From Acidobacteriota bacterium (GTDB taxonomy: Bacteria; Acidobacteriota; Blastocatellia; RBC074), in NCBI GenBank assembly GCA_016710075.1, contig JADJLO010000035.1, positions 2,532-66,531 of the forward strand: a stretch of 64,000 nt of DNA, in the 5' to 3' direction. This document shows positions 1-13,205 of this stretch, one piece after another. Both the position numbers and the translations under genes were made by a program. The notes beneath the pieces are model-generated. The model saw only the letters and a program-made list of their open reading frames with translations, was not told where the DNA came from and did not search any database. The number at the start of each line of letters is the position of its first letter. Position 1 is the first letter of the stretch.

Positions 1-605
1 TCGAGACGCTGGCGTGAGATTTCGTCTTTCTCGAAGAGCATTTTATAACGCTCGACATCCGCGGCCGCGCGCCTGGCTTCGGCCTCGGCCTCGACAATCT
101 GAGCCTGAGACTGCTTCGCATTTGCCTGGGCTGCGACAATGGCAGCCGGCGCCTGCAGTGCGCGTTCACGTGAGACGGTGACCTGCGCACGAGCAACCTC
201 AACACCGGAACGGGCAACGTCGACACCGGAAGATGCCTCTTCGACCCCGCCTTTGGTTGCCGCGCGCGTCAGAGAAAGTCCGGCCTCCGCCCCGCGCGCT
301 TTCGCTTCAGCCGCGTGCAGGGCAGCCCGGGCCTGGTTGAGCCTCACCTCAAAATCCCTCGGATCGATTTCCAGCAGCAGGTCTCCTTGCTTGACCGGCT
401 GGTTATCTTTGACATGTATCTTCAAGACGTGCCCCGCGACTTTCGAACTCACCTGGACTATCCGGCTTTCAATGAAGGCATCGTCCGTCGACTCATAATT
501 TCTCGCGCGAACGAGGTATCGGATTCCAAAGATCAGAACCGCAATGACAAGCAAGGCGCCAAAGAACAATGCCAGCTGGCGCCTGGAAGAAGGCCTTTTT
601 CTCAT
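1..605 (-). CDS. HlyD/EmrA-family efflux membrane-fusion (periplasmic adaptor) protein, N-terminal part; C-terminus lies left of window
   Basis: Minus-strand translation from ATG at 603-605: MRKRPSSRRQLALFFGALLVIAVLIFGIRYLVRARNYESTDDAFIESRIVQVSSKVAGHVLKIHVKDNQPVKQGDLLLEIDPRDFEVRLNQARAALHAAEAKARGAEAGL... (TM anchor, lipoyl-like hairpin, coiled coil). Not in ORF track because it runs off the edge. Confidence 0.75.
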   Translation of the reverse strand, partial: MRKRPSSRRQLALFFGALLVIAVLIFGIRYLVRARNYESTDDAFIESRIVQVSSKVAGHVLKIHVKDNQPVKQGDLLLEIDPRDFEVRLNQARAALHAAEAKARGAEAGLSLTRAATKGGVEEASSGVDVARSGVEVARAQVTVSRERALQAPAAIVAAQANAKQSQAQIVEAEAEARRAAADVERYKMLFEKDEISRQRL

Positions 606-679
606 GAGATCTTTTAGCTCCATCCCGCCTTCACCTGATTCGGTTTTATCAGAAACTCAGGCCATGATTCTCCTTCGAT

Positions 680-1402
680 CTACCATTTAAAAGATTCGAT
701 ACTACCCAGCGCAGCCGCGAGATTTATTTGGGCAGCTTTGTATTGGGCCAGGGCGGCAATCTCGGCGACACGTGCATTTGCGAGAGATGCCTGGGCATTG
801 ATGACTTCAAGATTATCCGCGATGCCGGCGGTAAAGCGGTCTCGCGCCATCTGCAATTCCCTGTCGGCAAGCGCCACAGTCTGCTGCGCGGCTTTTACCT
901 GTTGCGCGACAGTGCTGATGGTTTGAAGCGACAGCCTCACGTCCTCCTCGACCTGCATCCTGGCGTCGTTCAACTGCAGCTCCGCCTGCCGCCTTCTGCT
1001 TTGAGCAGCATCTATCCGGCCCTTCGTGGCCATATTGAAGAGCGGGACGTTCATGCGAACCCCGACATTGCGCGTCGGGACGGAACTCTGAGCCGGTGTG
1101 CTGCCGCTCTGCCCGTAATCGGCCACGAAATCGATGGAGGGAAGCCTCTCGGCCCGCGAGGCACTTAAGGAATACCCTCGCAATTTCAATTCCTCTTCTG
1201 CGATCTGAATCTCCAATCGCTCACGTTCAGCCTCGGCCACGGTACTCTCTATTGGCGGCACAGCCTCGGACTTGAACTGGAGCACTTCGGTGAGCATCAA
1301 CTCGGTTCCAAGAGGCAGCCCGATCGTGCGCAGCAGAACCAGTCGCGCTCTTTGCGCGGTGTTCAGAAGTCTGCGCCAGGCGCATCTGTTCCTCGGCCAC
1401 AC
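680..1402 (-). CDS. TolC-family outer membrane efflux protein, C-terminal half
   Basis: ORF ...AEAERERLEIQIAEEELKLRGYSLSASRAERLPSIDFVADYGQSG...DRFTAGIADNLEVINAQASLANARVAEIAALAQYKAAQINLAAALG; second OEP repeat. Confidence 0.75.
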   Translation of the reverse strand: MWPRNRCAWRRLLNTAQRARLVLLRTIGLPLGTELMLTEVLQFKSEAVPPIESTVAEAERERLEIQIAEEELKLRGYSLSASRAERLPSIDFVADYGQSGSTPAQSSVPTRNVGVRMNVPLFNMATKGRIDAAQSRRRQAELQLNDARMQVEEDVRLSLQTISTVAQQVKAAQQTVALADRELQMARDRFTAGIADNLEVINAQASLANARVAEIAALAQYKAAQINLAAALGSIESFKW

Positions 1403-2036
1403 GCGTTTCAGCGCGCGTCACATCCACACCCGTTGCAATACCTGCATCACGCTGGTCCTTCGCCTGCTTGAAAAGACTCTGAGCCAGATTGAGATTGGCC
1501 TGCGCGGCGACTACAGAACGATCCGCGCTGATGGCATTGAGATAACCCAGCGCCACCTGCGTCACAACCTGCCGGCGCACAAGCTGCTCTTCGAGATTAG
1601 AGATCCGGACATCGGCCTGCCCTGCCTGGAACTGGCGGATCGTGCGAAGGTTGAAAATGCTCTGTACCAGTCTTGCCCGGGCATCGAAATTATTGAAGGG
1701 GCCAATGAGCAACGGCAGATCTCCCGGGAACAAACCTCGTTGAAATCCCAGAGCCGCAAGGTTGACCGTCTCACTGCGCTGAAAAACCGCTCCGGTAAGC
1801 TCCGGCAGCAACCCTGCACTCGCCACAGTAGCCCGCCCGTGAGCTTCGTTTGTCCGCTCTCGCGCCAGCCTGGAATTGAAGTTGCCTTCCAGTGCAAGCT
1901 GAACCGCAAGCTGGAAACTCAGGGCTACGGGCCCATCCGCAGATCGCGTTTGCCCAACTGCCATAATCCGGCTCAACATGACAACAACCAAAATTCCCAG
2001 AACCCAGCTCTTCTGGAATATATTATCTCTGCTCAT
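1227..2036 (-). CDS. TolC-family outer membrane efflux protein, N-terminal half (signal peptide); same gene as 680-1402, split by frameshift near 1330-1400
   Basis: ORF MSRDNIFQKSWVLGILVVVMLSRIMAVGQ...LSFQLAVQLALEGNFNSRLARERTNEA...; OEP/TolC repeat architecture; tail of ORF is out-of-frame junk. Confidence 0.75.
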   Translation of the reverse strand: MSRDNIFQKSWVLGILVVVMLSRIMAVGQTRSADGPVALSFQLAVQLALEGNFNSRLARERTNEAHGRATVASAGLLPELTGAVFQRSETVNLAALGFQRGLFPGDLPLLIGPFNNFDARARLVQSIFNLRTIRQFQAGQADVRISNLEEQLVRRQVVTQVALGYLNAISADRSVVAAQANLNLAQSLFKQAKDQRDAGIATGVDVTRAETRVAEEQMRLAQTSEHRAKSATGSAAHDRAASWNRVDAHRSAPVQVRGCAANREYRGRG

Positions 2037-2641
2037 CTAGTCTTCCTCGTTTTCCTCTCAACTAATCGGCCGGTCGAAGAATCCCGGACACTGGTCCTGA
2101 GTTTTGCCAGTAATCCGCTCAGCTCTCTCTTATCCATCTTGCTCAGGCCGGAACAGACCCGCCGCACCTCTGCATAGTAATCGGGCAATATCGAGGCGAT
2201 CAGATCTTCCCCTGCTCCGGTGATCTGCGCCACTCGCACACGCCTGTCCCCCTCTTCTGCGACTCGTTCGACAAGACCCCTGCTCTCCAGACTGTCGACA
2301 AGCCCCGTCACATTCGCCCGGCTCACTACCAGCAACTTGCTCAATTCATTCAAACGGCAGCCCTCCCCGCCTGTCCGCTGCAGAATCATCAGCACATTGA
2401 AGGCCGATACCGAAACATTGTGCCGGCTCAGATCCCGCGACAAATGCCCCAACAATACGTCATAAGTCCAGGCCAGATTGAAAAGCATCTCCATCGACGG
2501 AGAGTCAAACTCGGAATACTTCCTTCCGTATGGCTCCACACTCCCGCCGTAATAGTTCTCCCTCTGATCACTTTCAGCTCCCTGCTCGCTTCTTGTGCGT
2601 TTCATAGGGCCGATATTTATCCTTAGGAAGTCGATTGTCAA
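2033..2641 (-). CDS. MarR-family transcriptional regulator (likely real start at an internal Met, e.g. ~2605)
   Basis: ORF contains winged-helix MarR signature ...VSVSAFNVLMILQRTGGEGCRLNELSKLLVVSRANVTGLVDSLESRGLVERV...DRRVRVAQIT; heads an operon with the TolC/HlyD genes. Confidence 0.8.
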   Translation of the reverse strand: MTIDFLRINIGPMKRTRSEQGAESDQRENYYGGSVEPYGRKYSEFDSPSMEMLFNLAWTYDVLLGHLSRDLSRHNVSVSAFNVLMILQRTGGEGCRLNELSKLLVVSRANVTGLVDSLESRGLVERVAEEGDRRVRVAQITGAGEDLIASILPDYYAEVRRVCSGLSKMDKRELSGLLAKLRTSVRDSSTGRLVERKTRKTR

Positions 2642-2831
2642 CTTCTTAACTATTTTTCCGGATGGCCCGATTGGGTCCTGAGACTGAATGAGTGGTGTGC
2701 CTGATTCGGGAGAGGAACTTCACCACAAAAAAGCAGAGAAGTTCAAAAGCAGTTTTTCTTTTTGTGTCTTTTGTCCTTTTGTGAATTTTGCGGTGAATCA
2801 AAGAAATTGGAACGATTTCGCGTTCACCGCT

Positions 2832-3959
2832 TCATTCCATGTCACAGGGCTTTGGCTTGCGTGCTGATCGCGAGTTGCGTTCGAGGTCGATGAGGGCTCT
2901 TTTGCGAGGGAGTCCCCAGCGGTAGCCGGCGAGTTCTCCATTTCCGCGGATGACGCGATGGCAGGGGATGGCAATGGCGATTCTGTTTGAGGCGCAGGCT
3001 GTGGCCACGGCCCTGACGGATTTAGGATTGCCGGTCGCCTCGGCGACTTCTTTGTAAGACTGCAGTTCGCCTGAAGGAATGGTTTGGAGATAGCTCCAGA
3101 CCTTCAACTGAAAAGCTGTGCCGCGGATGTCCAAAGGCAGTTTCAGATCCACGACATCGTTGCTCAAATAATCGTTGAGCGCGGCGATCCAGAGATCGAA
3201 TTGATCCCGCAGAGCATTCGGCATCTCTGCAATTGTCGCACGAGGAAACTCCTTCTTGAGTTGTGCAGCAAGGTCTTCTTCAAAATCGTCGAACTGAAGG
3301 AAGCAGACGCCACGATCCGTGGCCGCAATCATTACCGGCCCGAGCTGCGTCCGGGCGGTTGCATAAGAGATCGATTCCCCCCTGCCGCCTTCGCGATATG
3401 CCTTTGGAGTCATCCCGAGTCTGCCGTCTATTTTTTCGTAAACACGGCTTCCTGAACCATATCCGGCGGAGTAGATCGCTCCGGAGATGGACTCGCCTTT
3501 TTGAAGCGCCCCCCTGACCCTCTCCAATCGCAAGGCTTCCTGATAAGCCCGTGGAGAAACGCCGATCTGAGTCTTGAAGGTCTTTTGAAAGTGGCTTTCG
3601 CTCATCATCGCCTGGGCAGCCAGAGTTTTGAGATCCAGTTTTTCATCTGAGTGCGTATCGATGTAGCGGCAGATGTCATGCATCAGACCGGCATGCGCGT
3701 CATTGTCATTTTTGGGGTGACAGCGTTTGCAGGGCCTCAGACCATCCCGCTCCGCAGCTTCAGGCGACTTGTAGAATCTGACGTTCTTGCGCAGCGGCAG
3801 CCGCGCTTTGCAGGATGGACGACAATAAACCCCCGTCGTCATTACTCCAAAATAGAATTGCCCGTCTTTGGTTGAATCGTTTGCAATCACCGCTTCCCAG
3901 CAGGCTGTTTCATCAAGTGTCTCAGGTTGTGAATCTTCATTTGGCATGTCTCGCAGCAT
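2832..3959 (-). CDS. ada: Bifunctional Ada: methylphosphotriester-DNA methyltransferase/AraC-type regulator fused to O6-methylguanine-DNA methyltransferase
   Basis: N-terminal Zn-Cys4 CRPSCKARLPLRKNVRFY...PCKRCHP, central AraC HTH, C-terminal IPCHRVIRGNGELAGYRWG (PCHR active site). Confidence 0.85.
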   Translation of the reverse strand: MLRDMPNEDSQPETLDETACWEAVIANDSTKDGQFYFGVMTTGVYCRPSCKARLPLRKNVRFYKSPEAAERDGLRPCKRCHPKNDNDAHAGLMHDICRYIDTHSDEKLDLKTLAAQAMMSESHFQKTFKTQIGVSPRAYQEALRLERVRGALQKGESISGAIYSAGYGSGSRVYEKIDGRLGMTPKAYREGGRGESISYATARTQLGPVMIAATDRGVCFLQFDDFEEDLAAQLKKEFPRATIAEMPNALRDQFDLWIAALNDYLSNDVVDLKLPLDIRGTAFQLKVWSYLQTIPSGELQSYKEVAEATGNPKSVRAVATACASNRIAIAIPCHRVIRGNGELAGYRWGLPRKRALIDLERNSRSARKPKPCDME

Positions 3960-4074
3960 ATCTTCTCATCTCCTTAAAAAAATCAGGTTCCATCGCCAGT
4001 CATCAGGCGACGACCCGCATTTTACGGAGATGAGACTTGAGCTTATATCCGATTCCTGCGATTGAATTCCCGTG

Positions 4075-4227
4075 AGAAGAAGAAGAAGAAAGATTACGAA
4101 ACAGACGAAAAAGTCCAAGTGGTCAATGTGCCAATTCAGCCAGGCGAATGGATTTACAATGCAATCGAGATTCACGAATCTTACTTTTTGAACTTTTTCG
4201 TCTGTTTCGTAATCTTTCTTCTTCTTG
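4075..4227. repeat. MITE-like inverted-repeat element (family AGATTACGAAACAGACGAAAAAG), copy A
   Basis: 35-bp arms gaagaagaagaaagattacgaaacagacgaaaaag (4075-4109) and reverse complement (4193-4227), 83-bp loop; related copies at 28328-28485 and 34134-34175. Confidence 0.6.
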
Positions 4228-4260
4228 TTTCTTTCTTTCTTCCGTCCGATTCGCAGACTA

Positions 4261-5934
4261 TCAGAGACTTCCCTTCTTCATTTGATCGAGCATGTAGTCG
4301 GAGGCGCGCCAGCTCAGGGCCATTAACGTAAGCGTTGGATTCTTATGTGAGCCCGAGGTGAATGAAGCGGCATCGACTACAAAAAGGTTCTTCACGTCCC
4401 AGGATTGATTGAAACCGTTAAGCACGGAGGTTTTGGCATCGCTGCCCATATGAACGGTGCCCATTTCGTGAATCGAATGACCCGGTGCGTCGGCATCTTT
4501 TGGCAGCCTGACATCGACGGCTTTGGCAGTCGTGAAGAGTTCTTCATAGGTTTGGCGCATGTATTTGAACATCGCGTAATCGTTTTCTTCGAGCGGGTGG
4601 GTAATTTTGAGAGCCGGGACTCCCCACTTATCCTTGACCGTAGGATCGAGCTCGACGAATTTTTTCTCGGACGGGAGCATCTCACCGTGTGAGGCAAGGA
4701 CCACTCTGGCCCCGGACCATTTTCGGACCTCTCGCTTGAACGAGCTGCCGAAACCGGCAATATTTTTGGCATTCTTGTCGGGTTTCATGCGAATACGCGA
4801 GGAAGGTTCGATAAGGAATCCGCGAAGGAAATCGCGTTTCTCATTGGGACGGAAAGCCCCGAACCACGGGATGATGACGTGTGAGCCTCCGATGCCGTCG
4901 CCTTCCTCGCGGTCGATCAAAAACAGCTCGGGGAAGTAGGCTTGTGCGGTGGCATCGAGATGTTCGATGAAATTCCTGCCGATCAGGCCGCTCGAATTGG
5001 CTATGCCTGAATGCAGCAGCAACCGTGTGCTTTCAAGCGCGCCGCAGGCGACGACGACCGAACGGGCTTTGACTTCGCGCTCTTTTCCGGAAGTCTTGTC
5101 GAAATAGCTAACCCCGCTTGCCATGCCTTTCTTGTTGAGGTTGACTTTAAAGGCCATTGCATTGGGGATCAGCGTAAAGGTCCGCGGATATTTCAGCAAC
5201 AGCGGCTCGACCTGCCGGAATGCGGATGTGTAATAAGAGTTGGTCTCGCATCCATCATCGCATCCATTGCAGTAATGGCACTCTGCGTAGCCCTGATAGG
5301 ATTTCGTCAGCATCGCCCGGCGGGCGCGAATCGTGCGAATGCCCATCTTCTCGACGGCTTTTTTGATCGCAATGTCCGAACATTTGTAATTGGCGGGTGG
5401 AAGGTAGCTTTTGCTGTCAGGCAGATCCGGATGGTTTTCGACGGCGCCGCAGACTCCCATGAAGATCTCCGCCTTCTCGTAGTACGGTTCAAGATCCTGA
5501 TAGGTTATCGGCCAGTCTTTCCCATGCCCGTCCGTTGAATACCCTTTGAAATCAGCCTCATTGAAACGATTCGAGAATCGCCCCCAGAATATGGTTCGGC
5601 CGCCGACATTTCTGGCGCGGAACCAGTCGAAAGGCATCTTATCGGGAGTAGTGTAGGGCTCATCGGGCGTACTGCCGGTCAGTGTATATTTCTTTTTGAG
5701 ATCTTCGCCTTTGTTGATTTCGTATTTGAGGCCGCGATAAGGATCTTCGTACGGGAATGGCTCGTGATAGGAGAAATCGGCAAACTGCTTGCGCATCGGG
5801 CCGGCTTCAAGCATCGCCACCTTCAACCCTGCATTCACCAGATTCCATGCGGCCGTGCCGCCTCCGGCACCTGAGCCAATAATGACAACATCATAAACAG
5901 GCTGTGTCCTGACAGCTCGTTTCTGCCCAAACAT
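4261..5934 (-). CDS. GMC-family FAD-dependent oxidoreductase
   Basis: N-terminal [31 protein letters not shown] Rossmann motif, 557 aa, C-terminal GMC-type HxxxGTxxMG region (HEMGTVHMG). Confidence 0.85.
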   Translation of the reverse strand: MFGQKRAVRTQPVYDVVIIGSGAGGGTAAWNLVNAGLKVAMLEAGPMRKQFADFSYHEPFPYEDPYRGLKYEINKGEDLKKKYTLTGSTPDEPYTTPDKMPFDWFRARNVGGRTIFWGRFSNRFNEADFKGYSTDGHGKDWPITYQDLEPYYEKAEIFMGVCGAVENHPDLPDSKSYLPPANYKCSDIAIKKAVEKMGIRTIRARRAMLTKSYQGYAECHYCNGCDDGCETNSYYTSAFRQVEPLLLKYPRTFTLIPNAMAFKVNLNKKGMASGVSYFDKTSGKEREVKARSVVVACGALESTRLLLHSGIANSSGLIGRNFIEHLDATAQAYFPELFLIDREEGDGIGGSHVIIPWFGAFRPNEKRDFLRGFLIEPSSRIRMKPDKNAKNIAGFGSSFKREVRKWSGARVVLASHGEMLPSEKKFVELDPTVKDKWGVPALKITHPLEENDYAMFKYMRQTYEELFTTAKAVDVRLPKDADAPGHSIHEMGTVHMGSDAKTSVLNGFNQSWDVKNLFVVDAASFTSGSHKNPTLTLMALSWRASDYMLDQMKKGSL

Positions 5935-6021
5935 AGATCAACTCCTTTCGGGGATTTCTTTTGAATATGCCAAGTTTAAAATTTAAAGCTTAAAGATCGA
6001 ATTTCCATTTTCAGTTCATTA

Positions 6022-6789
6022 TCACCCGAAGATTGCCGACCACGCAGAATGTATCAGCGCCATAATCAGGGCGACACCCGAAGCCCAGAGCATGGCAGAC
6101 GAGGTCTTGAGCTTCTTCGATACCGCGGCAGTGCCGATTGCCAGCAGCGCCAGCCTCCATATAAAAAAGACGTCGATGTAACTCAGAAACGTCTTGAGGA
6201 ACTTCGGCAGCTTCTCCATCCCGATGACCGAGAGCAACGCAGCTACATTCGACCCCATCGGGTTGTTCCAATCGAAGTCCTCAATCGGTTTTATGAAAAT
6301 GAGGACGATGAAAATGAGCGACGTAATGATGGAGATCGCCAGCAGCGAATAGGTCGTGACGGCGACCAGCGGCATATAGTTGTTCTCGGTTCCGATCATC
6401 ATGCTGACCAGCTTCATGATTCCGGCAATCGCAAATAGCATAATCAGCGTTGTGATGACAGCGATAACGGGGGTCAGAACCTTCATGTACGGAGCGATTT
6501 TCTTCATCTGCTCCTTTTGCTGGTCCGCCTGCTCCTGAGTTATGCGTCCAGAATCGACCATCTCCTGCGTCCGCTGTTCGGTGAGCTGATCCATCGAGAC
6601 TTTTGTCGAAAAAACTAAAGTCGTTCCCATGGTCAGGACCAGCAGAAAGATGATCGGCGCCAGAACGTTTGGAGCGGCAGCCATCTCATTGAATGTCTCT
6701 CCCGGCGAAAAATAGACGCCCATCAACCTGCTAAAGAATCCACTTTGTTTGACGGGTTCAGCCGCTTGCGGGGCATTATCTTGATCCAT
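6022..6789 (-). CDS. Yip1-domain integral membrane protein
   Basis: 255 aa, soluble N-terminus then 5 hydrophobic helices; Yip1-like topology. Confidence 0.5.
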   Translation of the reverse strand: MDQDNAPQAAEPVKQSGFFSRLMGVYFSPGETFNEMAAAPNVLAPIIFLLVLTMGTTLVFSTKVSMDQLTEQRTQEMVDSGRITQEQADQQKEQMKKIAPYMKVLTPVIAVITTLIMLFAIAGIMKLVSMMIGTENNYMPLVAVTTYSLLAISIITSLIFIVLIFIKPIEDFDWNNPMGSNVAALLSVIGMEKLPKFLKTFLSYIDVFFIWRLALLAIGTAAVSKKLKTSSAMLWASGVALIMALIHSAWSAIFG

Positions 6790-6831
6790 ATTATTCTCCT
6801 CGGTAGGGGGCTCTCAAAGAAGGGCCGGGGG

Positions 6832-7788
6832 TTATAAATGACATGCCGTGAAATGTCCCGGCGATTTTTCCGTGAATTCGGGTTCTTCAAACCTGCAACG
6901 TTCCATCGCGTGAGGGCACCTCGGGTGGAATCGGCATCCGGAAGGTGGATTGATCGGTGTCGGCACGTCTCCACTCAGTCGCTGGAAATCATTTTTCTTC
7001 GCTAACGGATCGGGAACGGGGATTGCTGCCAGCAGGGCCTGTGTGTATGGGTGCACAGGTTTTGCATAAATATTTTCCGCCGGCGCCAGCTCAACCAGTT
7101 TTCCAAGATACATCACTCCGACTCGGGAAGAAATATGCTTGACCACTGCAAGCCCGTGAGAAATAAAAAGATATGTCAGGCCGAGCTTCTCCTGCAAATC
7201 CTGCAGCAGATTGACAACCTGTGCCTGGACCGAGACATCGAGCGCAGAGACGGGTTCGTCGGCGACGATGAAGTCCGGATTGAGCGCCAGAGCACGTGCA
7301 ATTCCGATACGCTGCCGCTGTCCTCCGCTGAACTCATGCGGATAGCGGCCCGCATAATCCGGATCGAGCCCGACCACGGTTAACAGTTCTGCGACTCGAT
7401 CTCGACGCTCACGGCGATCTCCAGTTTTGTGAACAGCCAGCGGTTCGCCGATGATATCTCCAACCTTCATCCTTGGATTGAGCGATGAATAGGGATCCTG
7501 GAAGATGATCTGCATCCTCCGCCTCAACTCTCGCATCTCTGTTCTGTTTAATTCAAGCAGATTTCTACCATCAAAACGAATGCGGCCGCCGGTCGGTTCG
7601 ATCAATCTTAAAATGGTTCTGCCGATGGTCGTCTTGCCGCAGCCTGATTCACCGACAAGCCCGAGGGTCTCCCCGCGGTTGATGGTAAAAGAGACTCCAT
7701 CCACCGCGCGGACCATCTGCCTGCCGGAGGCCGGGAAGTGCTTGATGAGATCACTGATTTCGACCAGTGCCGGGTTTACCATAGTCAA
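6832..7788 (-). CDS. ABC transporter ATP-binding protein, OppF/DppF-like
   Basis: Walker [10 protein letters not shown], signature LSGGQRQR, Walker B, C-terminal oligopeptide-ABC Cys-rich tail (CRFHPRCP). Confidence 0.85.
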   Translation of the reverse strand: MTMVNPALVEISDLIKHFPASGRQMVRAVDGVSFTINRGETLGLVGESGCGKTTIGRTILRLIEPTGGRIRFDGRNLLELNRTEMRELRRRMQIIFQDPYSSLNPRMKVGDIIGEPLAVHKTGDRRERRDRVAELLTVVGLDPDYAGRYPHEFSGGQRQRIGIARALALNPDFIVADEPVSALDVSVQAQVVNLLQDLQEKLGLTYLFISHGLAVVKHISSRVGVMYLGKLVELAPAENIYAKPVHPYTQALLAAIPVPDPLAKKNDFQRLSGDVPTPINPPSGCRFHPRCPHAMERCRFEEPEFTEKSPGHFTACHL

Positions 7789-7791
7789 TTG

Positions 7792-8787
7792 TCAGGCATG
7801 AACCTTGTTTTGGATATTGTTTGCCAGCAAGCATCGAGAAAGATGGTTGCCGCCAAGATCGACAAAGCCGGGATCGACCACAAGGCAGTCGTCAAAGGCC
7901 TTTGAGCATCGGGGAGCGAATCGGCATCCCTTCGGCCATTCGAGTGGATTCGGAACCACGCCCTCGATGGTCTGGAGCCGGCGCCTCTTCTCTTCCCCTG
8001 TTTCGTCAATTCGAGGAACGGCTCGCAGCAGACCTTCGGTATATGGATGCTGCGGATTGCCGAAAATATCCTTTACCGAAGCCTGTTCGACAATCCTGCC
8101 CGCGTACATCACAGCCACATTGTCCGATGTGCCGGCAACAACGCCAAGGTCGTGAGTAATGAGCAGCAGGGCGAGGCGGCGCTTTTCGCGAAGCTGATTG
8201 AGGAGATCGAGGATCTGGGCCTGGATCGTGACGTCGAGAGCAGTCGTCGGCTCATCCGCGATCAGCAGCTTCGGATCACACGCCAGAGCCATTGCGATCA
8301 TGACGCGTTGGCGCATCCCACCCGACATCTCGTGCGGATAATTCCTTGCCCGAATTTCCGGAGCCGGGATGGCCACATCGCGCATGCCCTCGACGGCCTG
8401 ATTCCACGCTTCACGCTTCGAGACTTTGCGATGCAGCCTGATCGCTTCCGCAATCTGCTCTCCGACTGTAAATACGGGATTGAGCGATGTCATCGGATCC
8501 TGAAAGATCATGGCGATATCATCGCCGCGTATCGCCCGCATCTGCTCATCCTTGAGCGAAAACAGGTTCCGCCCTTCGAAGATCACCTCTCCGCCTGCTA
8601 TCCACCCGGGACGCGAGACAAGGCGCATTATCGACAAGGCGGTGACGGACTTGCCGCAGCCCGATTCTCCCACCAGGCTCAGCACTTCGCCGGCATTGAG
8701 TGTGAACGAGACGTCATCGACTGCGCGCACCTCTCCTCGCTTCGTGGCAAAGTAGGTCTTCAGATTTCGGACTTCAAGCAGGCTCAT
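7792..8787 (-). CDS. ABC transporter ATP-binding protein, OppD/DppD-like
   Basis: Walker A GESGCGKS, signature MSGGMRQR, C-terminal CRFAPRC tail; adjacent to the OppF-like gene with a 3-bp gap. Confidence 0.85.
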   Translation of the reverse strand: MSLLEVRNLKTYFATKRGEVRAVDDVSFTLNAGEVLSLVGESGCGKSVTALSIMRLVSRPGWIAGGEVIFEGRNLFSLKDEQMRAIRGDDIAMIFQDPMTSLNPVFTVGEQIAEAIRLHRKVSKREAWNQAVEGMRDVAIPAPEIRARNYPHEMSGGMRQRVMIAMALACDPKLLIADEPTTALDVTIQAQILDLLNQLREKRRLALLLITHDLGVVAGTSDNVAVMYAGRIVEQASVKDIFGNPQHPYTEGLLRAVPRIDETGEEKRRRLQTIEGVVPNPLEWPKGCRFAPRCSKAFDDCLVVDPGFVDLGGNHLSRCLLANNIQNKVHA

Positions 8788-8804
8788 GTCGGATGATCAT
8801 ACGC

Positions 8805-9302
8805 CTAATTCTTCTTGTTGAGGTACGGTTTAAGTCCGACGTAGGCTTCATCGACGGCGGCGGATATCTGTTCGAGGTTAAGCTTCAGCTCCTGGAGATC
8901 GACGATTCTCAGACTCAGATCTATTCTGGTAAAGAGGTCTCCATCCTCGTCGATCCCGAACTTCACCCGGTCAAAATCGTCGTTGAATTTCAGAAGCTTC
9001 TGGTAGAACTCCGGCGAGGGCTTGAGATCCTTCTTTTCCGCAATGACAGTCAGCAGAATGATCATTCCTTCATGACCAATGATGACGACATTGAATTCCG
9101 GTAATTCGTTGCCTTTGAATTTGATCGTCCAGACGTTATCGGCGGCCTTGGCGTAGTTGTATCCGGATGCTTCAAGCATCGAAATCAGTTTGGCGGTCGA
9201 AGCCTTGTCGAGATTGAGCTTCGGCTTGTCCTGCGCATGGGCCGAACCGGCAAAAATGAAAGTGAGGGTGACAAGGGTGAGTGCTGCAAAGAATTTTTTC
9301 AT
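8805..9302 (-). CDS. Secreted YbjN-like (putative sensory-transduction regulator fold) protein
   Basis: Signal peptide MKKFFAALTLVTLTFIFAGSAHA; 165 aa; weak resemblance to YbjN/T3SS-chaperone-like fold. Confidence 0.4.
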   Translation of the reverse strand: MKKFFAALTLVTLTFIFAGSAHAQDKPKLNLDKASTAKLISMLEASGYNYAKAADNVWTIKFKGNELPEFNVVIIGHEGMIILLTVIAEKKDLKPSPEFYQKLLKFNDDFDRVKFGIDEDGDLFTRIDLSLRIVDLQELKLNLEQISAAVDEAYVGLKPYLNKKN

Positions 9303-9354
9303 ATTAAGATTATCTCCATGAGTATTCTATTCGCCCTGATTTACAGAGACAAAA

Positions 9355-10236
9355 TTATGGCAATGGGATGTTGTTTAATTTGAATGGGACTTTAAGAACA
9401 GCCTTTGGGGTGTAGATATAGATCTTCAGCCGGGCGGTTGGAGGCAGTTTCTGTTCCAAATTGAAAATCATCGTCTTCGGTTCGTCTCCCATTATGGATC
9501 TGCCGTTATAAGAGATCTCCTTCCCATCCGCGCTTTCAAATTCGAACTTGATTATCTTCGACTGCTTGTCGCTGACCTGAAGAGCTATGCCGTTCTCGTC
9601 CATCTCGGTCAGGGCGCTGAAAAGGCCGCCAAATACCTTCATCAGCCCTTCAACAACCTCCTCGCCAAGCTCTGCGGCAGCCTCTTTCTTTTTGCTTTCG
9701 GCTTCTTTGCGAAGGCGCGCCTCCTCGGATTTCTTTCTGGCGTCAAACTGCTCTTTGTTCCAGACGGTGATCTCAATACCGGCGGCTTTGAGAGCGGGGC
9801 TGACGAGAGGTTTACCTGTTGCACTGAGCAGATTTGCAATTGTCAGTTTCGATGCCGGATCCTTTCCGGGCATATAAAGCTCGATGACACCGGCGACTTC
9901 ATTGACCTGAGTGGCCTGGCGGGCGGGGTTTTTCAATTCGATGTCTATCTTTGGCGCAGACCTGTTGTATTCACTGATCTCAGTGAACTCATCTCCTTTA
10001 TCGCGTTCGGGGATCAGGTTGCGTCCGGTCTCATCTACGGCAGTCTGGACTTTAACGCGGAGGGCCTTTGCATCGGCAAGCGGATCACCAAGTAATTTCA
10101 GCTCTATTTCAAGCTTGTTGAAGAAGCCGTCGGTTCTTCTGGTCTCTTTGATTTCCCCGGTCATAACCCTCACCTGAGCCAGTGCGGACGACGAAGTTAA
10201 AAGAAGAATCGTTAATAAAAACAGGAGTAATTTCAT
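9355..10236 (-). CDS. Hypothetical secreted protein
   Basis: Signal peptide MKLLLFLLTILLLTSSSALA; Lys/Glu-rich coiled segment; no recognisable domain. Confidence 0.45.
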   Translation of the reverse strand: MKLLLFLLTILLLTSSSALAQVRVMTGEIKETRRTDGFFNKLEIELKLLGDPLADAKALRVKVQTAVDETGRNLIPERDKGDEFTEISEYNRSAPKIDIELKNPARQATQVNEVAGVIELYMPGKDPASKLTIANLLSATGKPLVSPALKAAGIEITVWNKEQFDARKKSEEARLRKEAESKKKEAAAELGEEVVEGLMKVFGGLFSALTEMDENGIALQVSDKQSKIIKFEFESADGKEISYNGRSIMGDEPKTMIFNLEQKLPPTARLKIYIYTPKAVLKVPFKLNNIPLP

Positions 10237-10388
10237 TATTCACCCTTTACTAAAATCAAGTGATACTGCCGGCGAATTCGCCAACTGTATCAGTAATTTA
10301 CATAAAACAGGAGAAGACACTGACTGATAATCAATCCCTAAAAACCTGTTCCAGGCGCTTCAATGTATTCGGTGGTTCATCAATTTTT

Positions 10389-13205
<2,817 letters not shown>

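Noticed and set aside
139-498. 119-aa and 100-aa plus-strand ORFs at the left edge
   Set aside because: Antisense to the clearly recognisable HlyD adaptor gene on the minus strand.
728-2177. Plus-strand ORFs 728-1168 and 1272-2177
   Set aside because: Antisense to the TolC-like gene. No domains.
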